DNA from: Podarcis tiliguerta
Taxonomy: Eukaryota
Length of the DNA: 64,000 nt
NCBI GenBank assembly: GCA_965153285.1
Contig: OZ229113.1
Strand: one strand, 5' to 3'
Both the position numbers and the translations under genes were made by a program. Shown piece by piece: positions 1 through 15,300 of the stretch. Under the pieces are notes generated by a model. The model ran no database searches and was not told where the DNA came from. It worked only from the letters and a program-made list of their open reading frames with translations. Positions within the stretch are counted from its first letter, which is position 1; each line of letters starts with the position of its first letter.

Positions 1-746
1 TTTAATTAGTCTGACTATATTTTCCCTTGAAATCACAGTGTTAGCACATTGTCAGGGGATGTGTAAAGCATTTGCATTTATTTTCAGCCATATTCTATAA
101 GAATTCTCCAGATTTGAAAATAAAGGTGAAGTGTGTTGTTTTCTGTGGCGAGGTATTATTGTGAATGTGCATCAACATTGTCAGACTTAAATTAAACTGA
201 AGTCTGGGAAATTCAACCAACCTCATTGACACAGTGGTTTAATATAAATATACAAATACTAATTAATAAATTTGGCTATGCAGAGAAGAAGGCATCTCAA
301 TACATAATACTAAGGAGGAAGGATCCCCATGTAGAAATTTCCCCATCTAAATTGCCATGGATTGTACCTGACACTGTCAGTGCATGTGTGATTTTCACGC
401 GTGCAACAGAACCTCACTTCGGAAGTGTACAGGAAGGAAGGAGGGGAAGGGGAAGTTCCACTGGGCAAGCAGAAGTCCACTCACTCAACACTGGATTCCA
501 CACATGTAAGATTACAGGAGGTAATCTGCCTACTAAAATTGGGGTGGAATATAGAATATGTGCATAATGATTCTAAAATTGAAATCGGCCTTCCCTAATC
601 TGCAGCACTCTGTATGTTTTTGACTGCAGCTCTCATCCACTCCAACCAGCATGGCCAGTGGGTCAGAGACATTTGGGGTTGTAGTCCAAAACATTTGGTG
701 GTTGGGGAAGGCTGCTCTAAATGGCTTGATTTGTTTATTTTTAATT

Positions 747-813
747 GTATATATATCTATATATAGATATATATATATATATATTGTGTGTGTACGTACA
801 CACACACACACAC
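747..813. repeat. Compound (TA)n/(TG)n/(CA)n microsatellite
   Basis: Directly visible. Confidence 0.9.
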
Positions 814-2479
814 AAGACAAAATATTAACTTCTTGTTACTACCAACTTTAAATGTTTATATACTTATTCTTGTTAAGGATTATTATCTCAGTTTCTATTA
901 TGCCACATTGTATTTGAGTCTCATGGAGCCATTCAGGAGACATGCCGTTGTACGAAAGCTTTCCAATGAAAAAATAGTATCTTCAAAATGGAGAATCATC
1001 ACAGCTTTCAAATATTATTTTAAGTGCTTACTGCATTCATCTTATTTTACTAAAGATGTTATGAATGGATTGTTGTATTGAAGTACATCTTCCCTATAGA
1101 AGAATGAAATTGGAACCATAGAATTTGCAATTCTATTAACTGATTTAAACTTGTCTAAATATTGTACTGTTATCGTGTTCTTATGATTACGTACAATTTG
1201 AAGTACATTTCAGAGAAGCAAGCCGCACTCACTGCGTTAGACCCTCAGATAGGCACACTATAGGTGTTCATAACCTAGTAAGCAGCCTTAATATCTTTTG
1301 CCAATAAGAAAACGTTGGGCCTGAGTAGTGTGTTATAGGGGAAGTGCTTTAAGCAATTGGTTACTATTTCTGTCTTCCATGGACTCCTATCCATGGGCAA
1401 ATCTTCCTTGTAATCTGAGTACTTTGCATTATTATCAATCTTTTGCTAACCATGCCGGGTGTGTGTGCTGAATGATTGAAATTAAAAAGAAAACTAATCC
1501 TGACACGCAGGACTTTCGTGTGTTTGTGCAGCCTCCTGAGCATAAAAATGTAGCACGTCAGGACAGGAGTCCTAACATAGTCTGCCACGGTTTAAGAGTT
1601 TTGAAACGGTAAGGAGGTGTCTGATTTGTTTTGATACTAGGGTGTCCTTGTGTTCTTTATAGAGGCCAGTCCTCTATGTGAAGGGCTGTTTAGTTTTGAA
1701 GATGATTAACAATAAGGGAGAGAAGGGGCCTTGGCGTTGACTGCACCTGGACAGTATCAGACTGAGCAGGCAGGAACACAGAACACTTGGGACAGAGTCT
1801 TCCCCACAGTGGTGAAATGTGTTTTATTTCTATTACATTAATTATTTCTAAATATGCATCTGTACATATGTTAGCATGTGCAAATTTTATTCAAATCTTT
1901 TGCCTTTTTATTTTGGGAGGTGCATTTCCTCATTTTTGGCAATGTGTAAGTGGCCACCAGATTAGCTAGAAAAGAGAGAACTCAACCGAAACAGGTGTGG
2001 CATGTCAGCCTGATGGCCATATAGCCTACGTCTATACAGGCTTCCTGCTGAGCCACAAATTATTCTACTAAACTTTTGCTCAGTTTGGGTTAATGGGGGG
2101 AAATGCAGGATTGTGTTAAACTGAAACACCTAAAGATATGAGATCAGGGAAAGGAGCCATCTTGTTAATAATCTGATAACCCCCAAGTAGTAATTGTTGA
2201 AACCACAATAATCCTGCAATGTGTTAGTTTGCTGGTGAGAACAGCACTGTATGTTTTGCCTTTTTTGTTGTTGTTAATGGAGGGTTAAACCAATGGATTT
2301 GTAGTAATAATCTTCCTTAAGTACTGCAGAGGAAGGCGGCCCCACTGAAAGGCACCAAGCAAATCATTAAGAGGTTAGGAAAGAGGATTAGCCAACAATG
2401 TGTGAACTGTATATTTTGGTAATACAAGCTGAGCTTCTAAAACTCTGTAAATTGGTACAGTTGCTTAGCTTACTGAATA

Positions 2480-2705
2480 CTGTGGTACCTCAGTTTACAA
2501 ACTTAATCCATTCCTGAAGTCCGTTCTTAAACCGAATCCGTTCTTAAACCGAGGTGCACTTTCCCTAATGAGGCCTCCCACTGCTGGTGCCCTTCCACTG
2601 TTCGGTTTCCGTTTGTTCATAAATCGGAACACAACTTCTGGTTTTGTGGAGTTCGTAAACTGAATCGTTTGTAAACAGGACTGTTCTTAAACCGAGGTAT
2701 CACTG
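2480..2705. mobile_element. Tc1/mariner-type MITE
   Basis: TIR-like c.gtggtacctc.gttta...taaaccgaggtatcactg, TA flanks. Confidence 0.75.
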
Positions 2706-5539
2706 TATCTTTTTTTAAAAATCCTGATACACCTCTAACTTTCAGACCAATTAAAATCTGTTGCTCTGGGGATGCAGTTGAAAGAAAGCACAATCTGGCC
2801 TCTGCTGTCCACCAGGAGACTAGCTAAGGGCTACTGGGTTGTGCATGCATGCCAAATACAGGGAACCCCACCTGTCCAGATCAGATGGTCCTGCTGAGAT
2901 CATGTCATTTTAAGAACTGCTGCTTAAAACTTGCTGGCTTCCCCATTCCCTCCTCCGTTCCTTTTGTATCATGTCTATTAGATTGTGAGCCTGAAGGCAG
3001 GAGTTGTCTCATCCTTCCATCTCTTAAAACAGTGCTTAAAACACTTTTAGGCACTGTAGCTTGAAAATAAACTACAACGGGCCAAAATCTTGCATTACTA
3101 ACACTTTTTTAATATGAGATGCTAGAAAACTTGTCAGTCACTACTAGATTTTTTTACCTGTTCATAATTTTTGTACTTCCAAGCTTTTCTGTTCACAGAT
3201 GTACCGTATGTGGAAATATTTCCTGCTGATTTAAATTAATAAACTAATTTAACCTCTTGTGTGTGTGTTTGTGTGTACGCTTAAGGCTCTTTATGTTTAT
3301 GCCATGTCATCAGTGTTCATAATGCCATTACATAGGCAGCATAGGCAGGTAACAGCATAGTGAGGAAATGGAGGGAAGAACATGGAAATAGGCAGTGTCT
3401 TTGGAATGAGAAGCTCTGCCTTCACATAGGGTGATAGGCGTTGGAGGAGCACAGGTCACAGGCAGTGATGCAAAGAGAATAATGAGTGAAAGAATTCTGA
3501 AACTCCTGGAACTGGTACCAATTTGAAAACAAATTGTAGTTATAAAGTAAGCATAGAATAGGTCACTGGGTGAAACCCTAGCCTTGCTGAAGTCTATGAC
3601 ACTTAATTTAATTCCTTTCTACAGCACTTTGTTAAGTATAAATGAAGGCAAATTTGACCCAAGGGCAAAATATAAATATTTATATAGCTCAAGAATACAG
3701 CAAGCTGGACTGAAAAATGCAGCAAGGAATACTAGCTATAATTTGATTTCACATACAGAGGAAGAAAAGAATGGGGGAATGTTATGCATCATAAACATGG
3801 ACGTTATTTCCTATCTTTTGTACAATTAAAAAATCAAAAGGGGAATAAACTCATTTCTGCTGTTTAAACTCATTCTGCCAACTACTGATGTAAGCAACAG
3901 ATACTGATCAACCTGCAGGAAAATTTACTCTAGTCATGCAGTAAGACTCAGATGCTTCATAAGGCAATAAAGGACCAATATGATGTGATATCCATCTGGA
4001 TATGTGCCTGAAAGACCAAGGAAAAGCGTAGGTACATAAGAAAGTTATAAGAAAGCATAATTTACAAAAGCTTTGTGGTGCGTGAACAAATTCAAGAGAG
4101 CCTTAATTCTGGTCTTAAGCAGCATTTTTAAAAATCATAATAATAATTGGATGTTTATGTTATACAGAAGTATTGCAGTGACTTACAGCATATTTTAAAA
4201 CATACATTATAATAAAATATTCATACAAAACCATTCAATTCATTAACTATATGGAACACCCACACATATAACAGCTGCAGGTTGGGTAGCACACTAGTTG
4301 CTAAATTTAAAAATGTCTGTATTAGTTCAGATGATCTAAAAGTAAAATGCACTGTATCATTCACAAGGTGGCACTCTTATACAATCTTCCAAATGAATTG
4401 GAAGTCCCCATTGCAAGCTTAAGCTGCCTAAAATGACACAACTCAGTAAACACAAGAGACGTAACCGGCTATGTTCTTAGATAAATAAGGTGTACTATTC
4501 ATGTATCAAATCATAAATTTCAGCGGAAGTAACTCATAAAGTTCAGCTCATAAAGCAGAAGACCCAGTGGATCAGATCATTTTCTAATCAGTTCATGCAT
4601 GAAAGGTTGTTACAGTTCCACAGAATCCTTTCACAGAGTCTGTTAAGCAAGCTCTGTTTTAGAAGCTGACAACTGTATACTCATCAGGACTCTGGCAGCT
4701 GCATTTTGAACCAGTTTCCAGGCTGTCTGTAGAGACATGTAGGGTACCTCACTGAAGACTCGTCTGGACACAACCAGAGCATGGCTTACTGTGGCTAGGT
4801 GTGCCCTTTTGTGGACCGGAGCCTGTTCCATCGCATACAGAAAGTGTATTATGGGAAGCGTGCACCCCCCCTCCGCAATTCATAACTTTTGTTTGTTTAG
4901 GGGTGGGGGTTAATATATTTTATAGCACCTCTCTTGATATGAACTATCCTTAGACCTTCACCTCTTCCTGCTGCCCCTCAGAGGGAGCTATGGAGGGTGG
5001 GAATAAGCTAGAGGGCCTTTTCAGCCGTGGCCCCCGCTGCCCTGTGAGGCACCTGAAGGATGTTGTTTCCTCTCCCCGCCATTTGATGGGTGGAGACAAT
5101 TTTGCTGCCTGTTGGTGGCATGCTATATCCTCGCTGCTGCTTATTATATGTCATCATGTGGATTTCTGTTTTAATATTTTGTACTTTTACTAACTTTTCT
5201 TATGCCACGTACAGGGCCGGATTTAAGTTTGATGAAGCCTTAAGCTACTGAAGCTAATGGAGCCCTTTTTATGTCCAGCTGTCCTTTGTCAACAACAAAT
5301 AGTCGCTGTTTCTTGTGCTGAATTGTGTTATGTGGTAATTTATGGACCTAATAGTTGTCGAAAGCCATTTGCACATAACAAACAGGAGCCTACACAACAC
5401 AAAACACTGTTGCTGTATGTAGGTTTTATTATATTTGTTTTTTATTTTATATTTTGGAAATGTACATCCAGTTTTTTTCCCCTTTAAATTTTTTGGCCCC
5501 CGTATGCTCTGCATTTTGCAAGCCCCTGGGCGAAGCCTT

Positions 5540-6320
5540 CTGCGTCAAGCTCCTCAAAACACCCTTCGCGGCGGCGGGAGCCAGTTCCAATGCAACTCGG
5601 TGGGGCTTACGCCCGAGTAGACGAGCCTGGGCTGGACTCTCCTGGGCGGCAATGGGAGCCCGGCCCCGCCGAGCACAGCGGAACTCCTTTCCCCGTGAGG
5701 CGCTCGCGAAGTTTATTCCAAAAGCCCGTTTTGCGGGCGAGGGTAGAGGTGGCGGCGGCGGCGCAACCGTCGGCCGCTTGACGAGGCCGCGCTCGGCTGG
5801 TGGCACCGGTTTCCGACGGCTCCTTCCCCGCGAGAGAAGCCTCCCGGCTTTGCCCCCTGTCGGAGGAGTGCGGCGGCGGCTGCTGCGAGCGGGCTGGCTG
5901 GGGCGTGAACCGGGAAGCGCCCGGCGCTGAGGGCAAGAGGGCGAGGAGCGCCGCGGCTTTCCTCGTCCGCCACCTGGGACAGCAAGAAGGGGAGATAATG
6001 GTGCGGGCGGCCTGCAACAGTGAGTAGCTCAAAGGTTTCTCCCCCCACCCCGACCTTTTCTGGCCTTTTCGTTATTTCTAATCGACCTGTTTCCTTGTCA
6101 GAGGCTGCGCAAACTTCCGCGGTTGCTGCAGCGCTTTCTTAACGACGAGACTCGACCCATCTGCTCCCGGGAACCCAAACTTATTTGCAGCGTTAGGGTG
6201 CTTAAAATGCGCACCTCTGGGCACGCACAGAGTGCTTTCCCCTCGCTGTTGAGCGGTCGCGGCTCATCAGGGACTGGGCAAGGCGGGGTATGAGGGGGAA
6301 GAAGCCCTGTCCCCGTCACG
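5540..6320. promoter_or_regulatory. CpG island / FAM3B promoter and 5' UTR
   Basis: Sharp GC- and CpG-rich block spanning exon 1 in an AT-rich background. Confidence 0.85.
5998..6019 (+). CDS. FAM3B: FAM3B exon 1 coding part (MVRAACN)
   Basis: ATG in CpG island followed by gtgagt donor; phase 1 matches exon 2. Confidence 0.8.
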
Positions 6321-9300
6321 TTTAGAAATTAACCTCCCCAACACAGAAGGATTCCTCCCCCTCCAGTCTGCAACTGGGTGTCAGGAACCTGACAGCTATG
6401 TGGGAGGCCCCACCTACTCCTCATGGGCTCTATTTGAACTGGCATGATATCCCTTAGGTTTATTTATAGAGGTTTATTCAAGCAGAGGTTTAATGTGCTA
6501 AAAGGTTGAGAACCTCTGTTTTAACCTAAGGGACATTGTGCATCAGGGGTGCCAACCTGAATAAGATATTGTGGGGCCCAGTTAAGCCTCACCCCAGATA
6601 ATCGCAAGATGTGGCAAACACTATTTGAATGGCAATGCCCATCAACTTGGGGGGGCGGCCTGTGTTGCAATTTGTGAGCCAAATGTCTAGCTAATGATTC
6701 CATAGCAATTCCCTTCTATGTTGCAGAACCAAGATTGTATGGGTGCATTATATTGCTCTATTTCCTGAATTACTCTTGGCAACATTTTGTGTGCAACTTG
6801 GGAGTTGTCAGCTCTCCTAAATCCTTCAGCTATCCACGCACTGCAGAACAAAACGTCCTGTAAGCAATAATATTTATTATTTCCTTCATGGGGTGTGCCC
6901 AAGCTGCAATATTGTTTCTGAGCACTTTTAAATAATAATAATTTTTTGTTGTTTCTGAGTAATTGGGTGCTCTCTGCTTCAGTCTATCTCCTGAACCTTT
7001 CTATATAGATGGTACCTTGGGTTACATACACTTCAGATTACATATGCTTCAGGTTACAGACTCCGCTAACCCAGAAATAGTACCTCAGGTTAAGACCTTT
7101 GCTTCAGGATAAGAACAGAAATTGTGCTCTGGCGGCGGCACGGCAGCAGCAGGAAGCCCCATTAGCTAAAGTAGTGCTTCAGGTTAAGAACAGTTTCAGG
7201 TTAAGAATGGACCTCCGGAACGAATTAAGTACATAACCAGAGGTACTACTGTATAACAAAGCTTTGTGTTCCCCTGCCTTCAAAGTGGATAGAATTTGAA
7301 GGCACAGGAGCTTCTCTGGAAGCAAATAAGCTTGCAATATCGCAGACAAATAGGCCCAGGAGCTTTTGTGGGGATATTAAAGGAATTTGCTTTATTCATA
7401 ATCCCTTATGAGGGCAGGAGCAGGGGTTTGACTCTAGTTCTTTCTTATCTTAAAAAATGGTCCCCAAATGCATATTTGGGTTTCTAAACGTGTATTGGGT
7501 ATGAAAAGGTTTAAGACACCTGATCAAGAACCCTGTCTGAAGAGTTCTGGGTTGTTGTTTTTAGAGTCTGAGCTGGCCTGAAATCTGCTGGATCATGAGC
7601 CAGTCTAAGCTGTTGTGCGTTGACATTGAGCCGGATTGTCAAGCCCACCCACTCCCACTGCTGTTTCTGGGAGCATCCGTTCTGTGAATGTGGCCATACT
7701 GCTCCATAAAGCCCCACTAGTGGTTGGTGGGTGTTTATGCCCTATGTAGCAAACAAATCACTGTCTTTGTATATATGAATCAGGATGGATGAACAATATT
7801 GTGCACTATATCCTGCATTGGCATTTCTATAATTCATCTAGGGATAGATTGCTCCCTTCATTTCAGAACTCCCTAGAAGGGCAATGATATGTTTTCAGAA
7901 CTAGATGGTTGCTGGCCATTGTAGAAAAGTTGGTAGCTTTATGTGCTCTAGCAGTGAGAAAGTTATGGGCTACTTTTTAAAAACCCAAAACCGTACTGCC
8001 TGCCAAGAAAGTTTTATTTAATGTAAGTGACTTGAAGAACTTCTACAGTTTCAAGTTTTCACAACTTGCACTTCTGAAAATGTATATGTTTACATTACTC
8101 TTGGATTGACTTGTTTATATTTGTAAGTTACATTGCAAAGGCGTATTGCTGCAAGTGGGGGGGGGAGAATCTGGCTGGCTAGCTTTTTGGTAGTGCCTTG
8201 AGGGTCTCATAGTTGTGTACATTACAAGGTAGAAGAAAGTGATGAGTGAGCTCTTTGTAACCCTCCATAATGAGTAAATGCCTAGCATGTACAGTGGTAC
8301 CTCGGGTTACAGACTCTTCAGGTTACACACTCCACTAACCCAGAAATAGTACCTCGGGTTAAGAACTTTGCTTCAGGATGAGAACAGAAATCATGCTCCG
8401 GCGACACAGAGGCAGCTACAGGCCCTATTAACTAAAGTGGTACCTCAGGTTAAGAACAGTTTCAGGTTAAGAACGGACCTCCAGAACGAATTAAGTTCTT
8501 AACTGGAGGTACCACTGTAATTAGGTTTGTGGAGAGCTAACATTTACTCTGTAGAAGCTGGACTGTTAAGCCGACAGTGATAGTGATAGCATGTGTGCTC
8601 CAAAGAAGTGAATATGAAGAAAAGTTAGGCTGGCAAATATATTTGCTGGCAAGGCTTAAATTCCTTGTGTAACTTCGTGAGTAGCGTGTTGTACAATCGA
8701 TTTAAGAAAATGTGTGGAATGCTTGAAGGCTGTAGATATGCAATAAATATTTCCATAATGATTTGTGGCTGGAGTTTGATAGCTATATAAATTCATAATG
8801 CCTAAATTCATAATGACTATGTACTATGTCCTATAGCAAGGGTGGAGGACCTTTTTTAGCCCGAAGGCCACATTACCTTCTGGGCTCTCTTCCAGGAGGA
8901 ATCCACATGCCAGTGGTGGGTAGGGCCAGAGCAAAACTGGTCAGGGCAGTGAATATATGGTACATTTTACCTTTGTATAATAGGCTGGTTTCTACATATA
9001 CCCCCACAACTCCCTCTATCCTCTATTTAGGCAAGCTAGGCACATGATTAGAATTCAAAGACCCATTTGAGAAAGGCAAGTACACTTGAGCAGAGTGCAA
9101 ACCATGACTGTGGAAAGGGTGTGTGACCTGGGGAGGAGGGCTGGACAAAAGAGGCCTAGATTGGCATCTGAGGTTCCCATCCCTGTCCTAGGAAATCAAG
9201 GTAATGAAGAAGAAAAAAGAGCAAGTATTCCAAACAGCTGGGCCATAAAGAAGGCTGATCGCCGAAGAATTGATGCTTTTGAATTACGGTGCTGGAGGAG

Positions 9301-12300
9301 ACTCTTGAGAGTCCCATGGACTGCAAGAAGATCAAACCTATCCATTCTGAAGGAAATCAGCCCTGAGTGCTCACTGGAAGGACAGATCCTGAAGCTGAGA
9401 CTCCAATACTTTGGCCACCTCATGAGAAGAGAAGACTCCCTGGAAAAGACCCTGATGTTGGGAAAGATTGAGGGCAGAAGGAGAAGGGGACGACAGAGGA
9501 CGAGATGGTTGGATAGTGTTCTCGAAGCTACCAGCATGAGTTTGACCAAACTGCTGGAGGCAGTGGAAGACAGGAGTGCCTGGCGTGCTCTGGTCCATGG
9601 GGTCACGAAGAGTCGGACACAACTAAGCGACTAAACAACAACAAATTCCAAACAGACATTGTTCGACCAACATAACTGCCTTTAGGTGGACACCACACAG
9701 TATTTTAGCTCAGCTGGTAAGAGCACGGTGCTGATAATACCAATGCCATGGGTTTGATCCCCATATAGGTGCATATTTTGGCATTGCAGGGTGTTGGACT
9801 AGATGATCCTTTGGGTCCCTTCCAACACTTCAGGTTTTTTATTCTATGCAGTATATAGGACTTCCTGGTTCACTGGGTGAAAAGTTTTCTCTCTTACATT
9901 TCAGGGTAAAATCATGACGGTTTATGGGATTAGAGCAGAGGCAATTGACGTTTTTGAATTATGGTGCTGGAGGAGACTCTTGAGAGTCCCATGGACTGCA
10001 AGAAGATCAAACGCATCCATTCTTAAGGAAATCAGCCCTGAGTGCTCACTGGAAGGACAGATCGTGAAGCTGAGGCTCCAATACTTTGGCCACCTCGTGA
10101 GAAGAGAAGACTCACTGGAAAAGACCCTGATGTTGGGAAAGATGGAGGGCACAAGGAGAAGGGGACGGCAGAGGACGAGATGGTTAGACAGTGTTCTCAA
10201 AGCTACAAACATGAATCTGACCAAACTGCGGGTGGCAGTGGAAGACAGGAGTGCCTGGCGTGCTCTGGTCCATGGGGTCACGAAGAGTCGGACACGACTG
10301 AACGACTAAGCAACAACAACAATTGTATTTCATCCAGCAGAGCTTTACTGCTACTGAAGGCAGATGAGCATAATGGTCACAAATTCAATACATTCAGGAT
10401 TGGCACTGTCCATAAGAAATCCAGTTGCAGCAGACCTAACTTAAACTTTTATAGTCAGCATGACCTTGACAAAAAGAGATAAGAGAACCAGTTTAAGCCA
10501 ACTGTACTTAGCTTCTCTGAAGGAATAACACAAACATCATGAACCTTCTGCTTGCTTCTTTCACGCAGAGAAGCTTCCAGAACCCTCTTGAATTAAGTGG
10601 AATAGGAAAGTTCTCTACACATCAGATCAATACTTTCTGCACTAAGATATGTAAACAGAAGAACTGTTTTGGGTAGTAGAAGGTTTGCTATAAAGGAGCA
10701 GGGAGGCCAGAGGATTATCCCAATGTGACAGTTTTGCTAGACGTGTTTCAGACACTTGCATCTTCTCTGTTTGGGAATCACTTGCAGCAACCATCATCAA
10801 CATAGCTGGGGCTATGGGAGAAACAGTACCTTTTGGGGGCGTTAATGATATGAACTCAGGTTTTATATTTGTGTGAATAAACCATATGTCACAGCCTCCG
10901 CTGTACCTCATTTCCAAAGGAAACACAAACTCTGGTGAAGTGCATGGAACTCATGGAATCTCGCACTGCCTGGCGATTGGGATGGCGTGCAACAATATTT
11001 TGTGGCTCAGTGAGCTTGGCAGTTGCCACTTTTCCTTCTGAATGTACATAGATTGTCTCGACTGTCATGAAAATGTTTGTTAATTTTTTCAGATTTTATG
11101 AAGTTAGGAGGGTTTATCTTTGCAACTGTCTGTGCCTGGTACTTTGGATCCTTATTGGCATCTATTATACCTGAAAACTCCTTAGCATCAGCTTTCGACG
11201 ACCTTCAGAACATTGCTGAGAAACCAAAACTTAAAGGTATGTGATCACATTCTCCTGGATGTATTTTAATATTCTAAGGCACATGGTTACTTAAGTAGAA
11301 GTTTTGTAAAAAAAAATAATGACTCATGTGCTACCCAAGTAAAAATGGTCTGATTATTTAGTAGAGTAAATCCCACCCCTTCAGACTGTAAGAATAGTTC
11401 TTTGCCTCTACCTGAAATATGCAATCATTGCTGCACCACATCTGCTCTCTACATCTCCTTGATTATTAAAGGAAGCATCTGACCTTAACATTTACCTCAG
11501 TCTTTCCTCACCCATGTTCCAGTTCACTGACTGCAAAACATTGAGGGTGATCAGATAAAAGATCTGGGTTGGCAGCAGCCACAGGTTTGAGGAAACTATA
11601 TTGTTTAACATCAGCACTGGTTAAGATGACTTGTCACATGAAGAAGAAAAACCTGCTATACTTAACAGTTATAATTTACAACATGACAAAATAAATGTTG
11701 GCCGCAATCCAAAGTGGAGTTAAACATGGTCAGACCAATTACTGATAATTTTAGTGGACATTAGCATGCTTAGTTCTGTGTTGGGCTTCAACTATGAATG
11801 ATGGTTGCCCAGTGTTCAAAGGCCTTCCTATCTAATGTACTTTTCAGCACCACTCCCGAAAAGACTGAAATGTGACCACTGGTCTCCATGTTCGCCTGGG
11901 AGCTATGCTTATCGCATACTCAGTGGTGGTGGTCAGAAATCCCTCGCCAAGATCTGTTTTGAAGATCAGCTGTGAGTACTGAACAACACTTAAGGCCAGC
12001 TTTGCCATTTATTTATAACAGAGTCCATTGGACCTCCAGTGGTAGTTGTAGTGGTATGAGAAGGTAGGAGGTTTTAACACTATTAAAACTAGGGAGGGGC
12101 CATAGACAATCACTCCAACTGCTGCATGCCTTTCCTCTCCATCTGTAGGTGCTTCAGTGTACAAGTATAGACACAGTATATTTTTAATTCAAGGCATTCC
12201 TTACTTAAATTTCATGCATTCCTTTTGGGGGGAAAGAGGGCCCTTTTGGGGGAACTGTACCAAACTCCCCAACCACCTTGACTTGGGCCTTTGGGGAATT

Positions 12301-15300
12301 AATATATAGACAGTCATGGACTACATGGGGCAGTGGTCTCATTCTGTACAAGGCAGCTTCCTGTGGACATGATTTTCGGAACCTTCGCACTATTTTTATT
12401 ACAATATTTAAATTGTCTTCAAAACCAACATCTCAAGGCAATTTACACGCAAGATATTTATAAACAGTTTAAAAAAAAAACTTTTGAGAAACAGACTAAA
12501 ATTCTAGCAAATGGACGCTTGCAAATACTGTACCCATTTATCCAGCTAGGAATAAAGCTACAGTTCCCATAGAAAAGGATGCAATGAGAGTGAAATTGGT
12601 TTAAAGTTGGTTCACTCAACTTATTCAAGTGTTCCACTGATTAAATGGCTAATGGTGTTGTTTTGTCACAAAAGTGGGTTGTTGTTTTCCATTAGTGCAT
12701 TGATGCTACAATCCTAAACACGCTTAAGGTAGGAGTAAGTTCTATTGAAAAAGGTGAGACTTGCTTCTAAATAGACTGCCCACCCTACACCTGATGTGAA
12801 ACATGGCAGAAGGTGAGGGAAGTAATTTCAAGGAAACCACTGGGAGCTTAAAGTGAGCTTTTAATGGTTCCTTTGCTGAAGCTAGATGCATGCCCAATGT
12901 CCTTCATGGGTATTGCAAGTACTGTACACCTTGTTTCAGCAGGGGAAAGCAGCTTCCATTGAAACCACTGTTAAAATGAGGGGGGGTAGGGTATCCATTT
13001 TAGCAGTGTTTCAACAGAAGTTTCAAAAAGCAGCATGGAACTGTTAGAAAGCCTTATTGCAAACAAAGGACAGTGAGTGGGCTGATTTAAAGAGCAGTGT
13101 GGGGCTGTTTGCAAAAGGGCTTTCAAAAAGCCCCACACTGTGCTTCAAAGTCCTGACAGAGTGGGGACAGAGTTTAACATCACCCTCTACTGTTATCTCA
13201 TTATTAAATACCACAGGAAAGCACCTCCTGTCTGCCATATTTCCCAGATAAACACTTTGTGTTTCCATTTCAGACTTATGAGCAAAGAAAGTAAAAATGT
13301 TGGAAGAGGAATAAATGTTGCCATTGTAGACTGTGAGTAAAAAGACACAATCCTGTATGTGCTTTTTTAAAGAAATAAAAATGCTATGTCAAAGTGGCTA
13401 TGAGACTGTGAACCAAGAAAGCAACACTGGGAATCTCGTCTCTGCCATTAACTCACCCTGGTGGCCTTGCCTTGGCCTGTCTGCCATGATTGCCATAAGG
13501 ATTGCTGAGCCACTGTCTTGAAAGTGTTTGAGCACTCATTAAAAGTGCTCTTTAAAGACTTTAGTGGCCATTATAAAATGTATAATTTACAACAGTGATA
13601 CCTCACCTGCTTTGTCTCATTTATAGTGCTTATCATAGATTTTCCTGAGTGCTCTTCCTTTTGCACACAACACAACTTGTAATTCAGTGAGTTTTATAAG
13701 GAGCCGTGGATTCACAGAATCATAGAATTGTAGAGTTGGAGTGGACCACAGGGATCATCTCGTGTCCAACCCCCTGCGATGCAGGAATCTTTCTTCCAAC
13801 ATCGGCCTCGAACCCACTACCCTGAGATAAAGAGTCTCATGCTTTACCAACTGGACTTTAACTTTTTGTTTGGATCTTAGGATTTATATCATTATAGATT
13901 AGGTGTTTCCTTAGATAGAAACTTAGCAGTGTAACTGAAATTTGTTTATTTTTGATATCTTCCCTGCCAGCTTTTGCAGTGGTCTATACAAGGAGCGGGA
14001 CGCAAGTGGCACTGTGGGTTAAACCACAGAACCTAGAACTTGCCGATCAGAAGGTCGGCGGTTCGAATCCCTGCGACAGGGTGAGCTCCTGTTGCTCGGT
14101 CCCTGCTTCTGCCAACCTAGCAGTTCGAAAGCACATCAAAGTGCAAGGAGATAAATAGGTACCGCTCCGGTGGGAAGGTAAATGGCATTTCCGTGCGCTG
14201 CTATGGTTCACCAGAAGCGGCTTAGTCATGCTGGCCACATGACCCAGAAGCTGTACGCCAGCTCCCTCAGCCAATAAAGCAAGATCAGCGCCGCAACCCC
14301 AGAGCCGGTCACGACTGGACCTAATGGTCAGGGGACCTTTACCTATACCAGGAGCAGGGATTTATTTATTTTTGGGTCTGGGATCTTTATCTGGCCTCAC
14401 CCCACCGACCAACTTTAGCACGTGGGTGGTACAATCCATTTGTCAGTCTCATGTCACTTCGATGTCACATGATTGTCAGGTGGATTGTCTCCCCCTCCCC
14501 CCCACACACACCTGTAGAAATCCCTTGTATTCTCCATGATCCCGTTTCAGCATGGGAGAGCAGGGACTGAGCACTCTTTGCAGCACTTTCTTCCACCCTT
14601 TTAAAGATCACAGCTGGAACAATCTCTCTCTCTCTCCCAAGATCACAATGTGTATGATAGCAGTGTCTCACACAAAATGTAACTGACCTGTAGAAAAGAC
14701 TCTATAAACTGAAAACAAAGACGCTGTGTGTACCTTTCTTATCTATGGAAATCTTTCAATGAAAACATTTTAAGCAGGAGGGACGGGAACGGAAGACTGC
14801 TGCAAAGGGTGTGTGCTTTAAGTCAGTCCCCGCTATATCACACCTGTGCACTGAAGAATGGACCTGAGCAACAACAAAAGTGCCTCTTTCCTCACTGCTG
14901 TGTGACAGAGCAGTTTTTGTCAGAGCTGATGTCTAAAGTAGACATAAGCTCCAGTGTCAGGGACAGTGCTTTCTTGCAGCAGTGAAGAGAACAAAACTCC
15001 AATAAAAGCAAACAGACCGTTTGTTTGGTAAAGCCTTCCCCATGCTGATCCTTTGGGAAGGTTGGAGGGATCAACGCAGGGTGGACTTTCCAAGAAGGTC
15101 CCACACATCAGCTGAACATCATCAGTGGCACCATCTGATTGGTTTGGGGAGAAAGGCCTCATGGACCAAATTAGACCCACAGGTGGGCCTGGATTGACTC
15201 AAAGGCCATAGGTGCCCACCTTGCCTACACAAAGATGCACAGACCTGCATACATGGCGCATGATGTGTGCTTATTGCCCTCTTCATTCTAAACTAAACAT

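Noticed and set aside
1-5200. Possible 3' end of BACE2, the expected upstream neighbour by synteny
   Set aside because: No recognisable BACE2 coding exon; synteny alone is not evidence from this sequence
5435-6319. Several overlapping 60-158 aa ORFs on both strands
   Set aside because: Stop-poor CpG island; Arg/Ala/Pro-rich translations without domains; only 5998-6019 fits FAM3B
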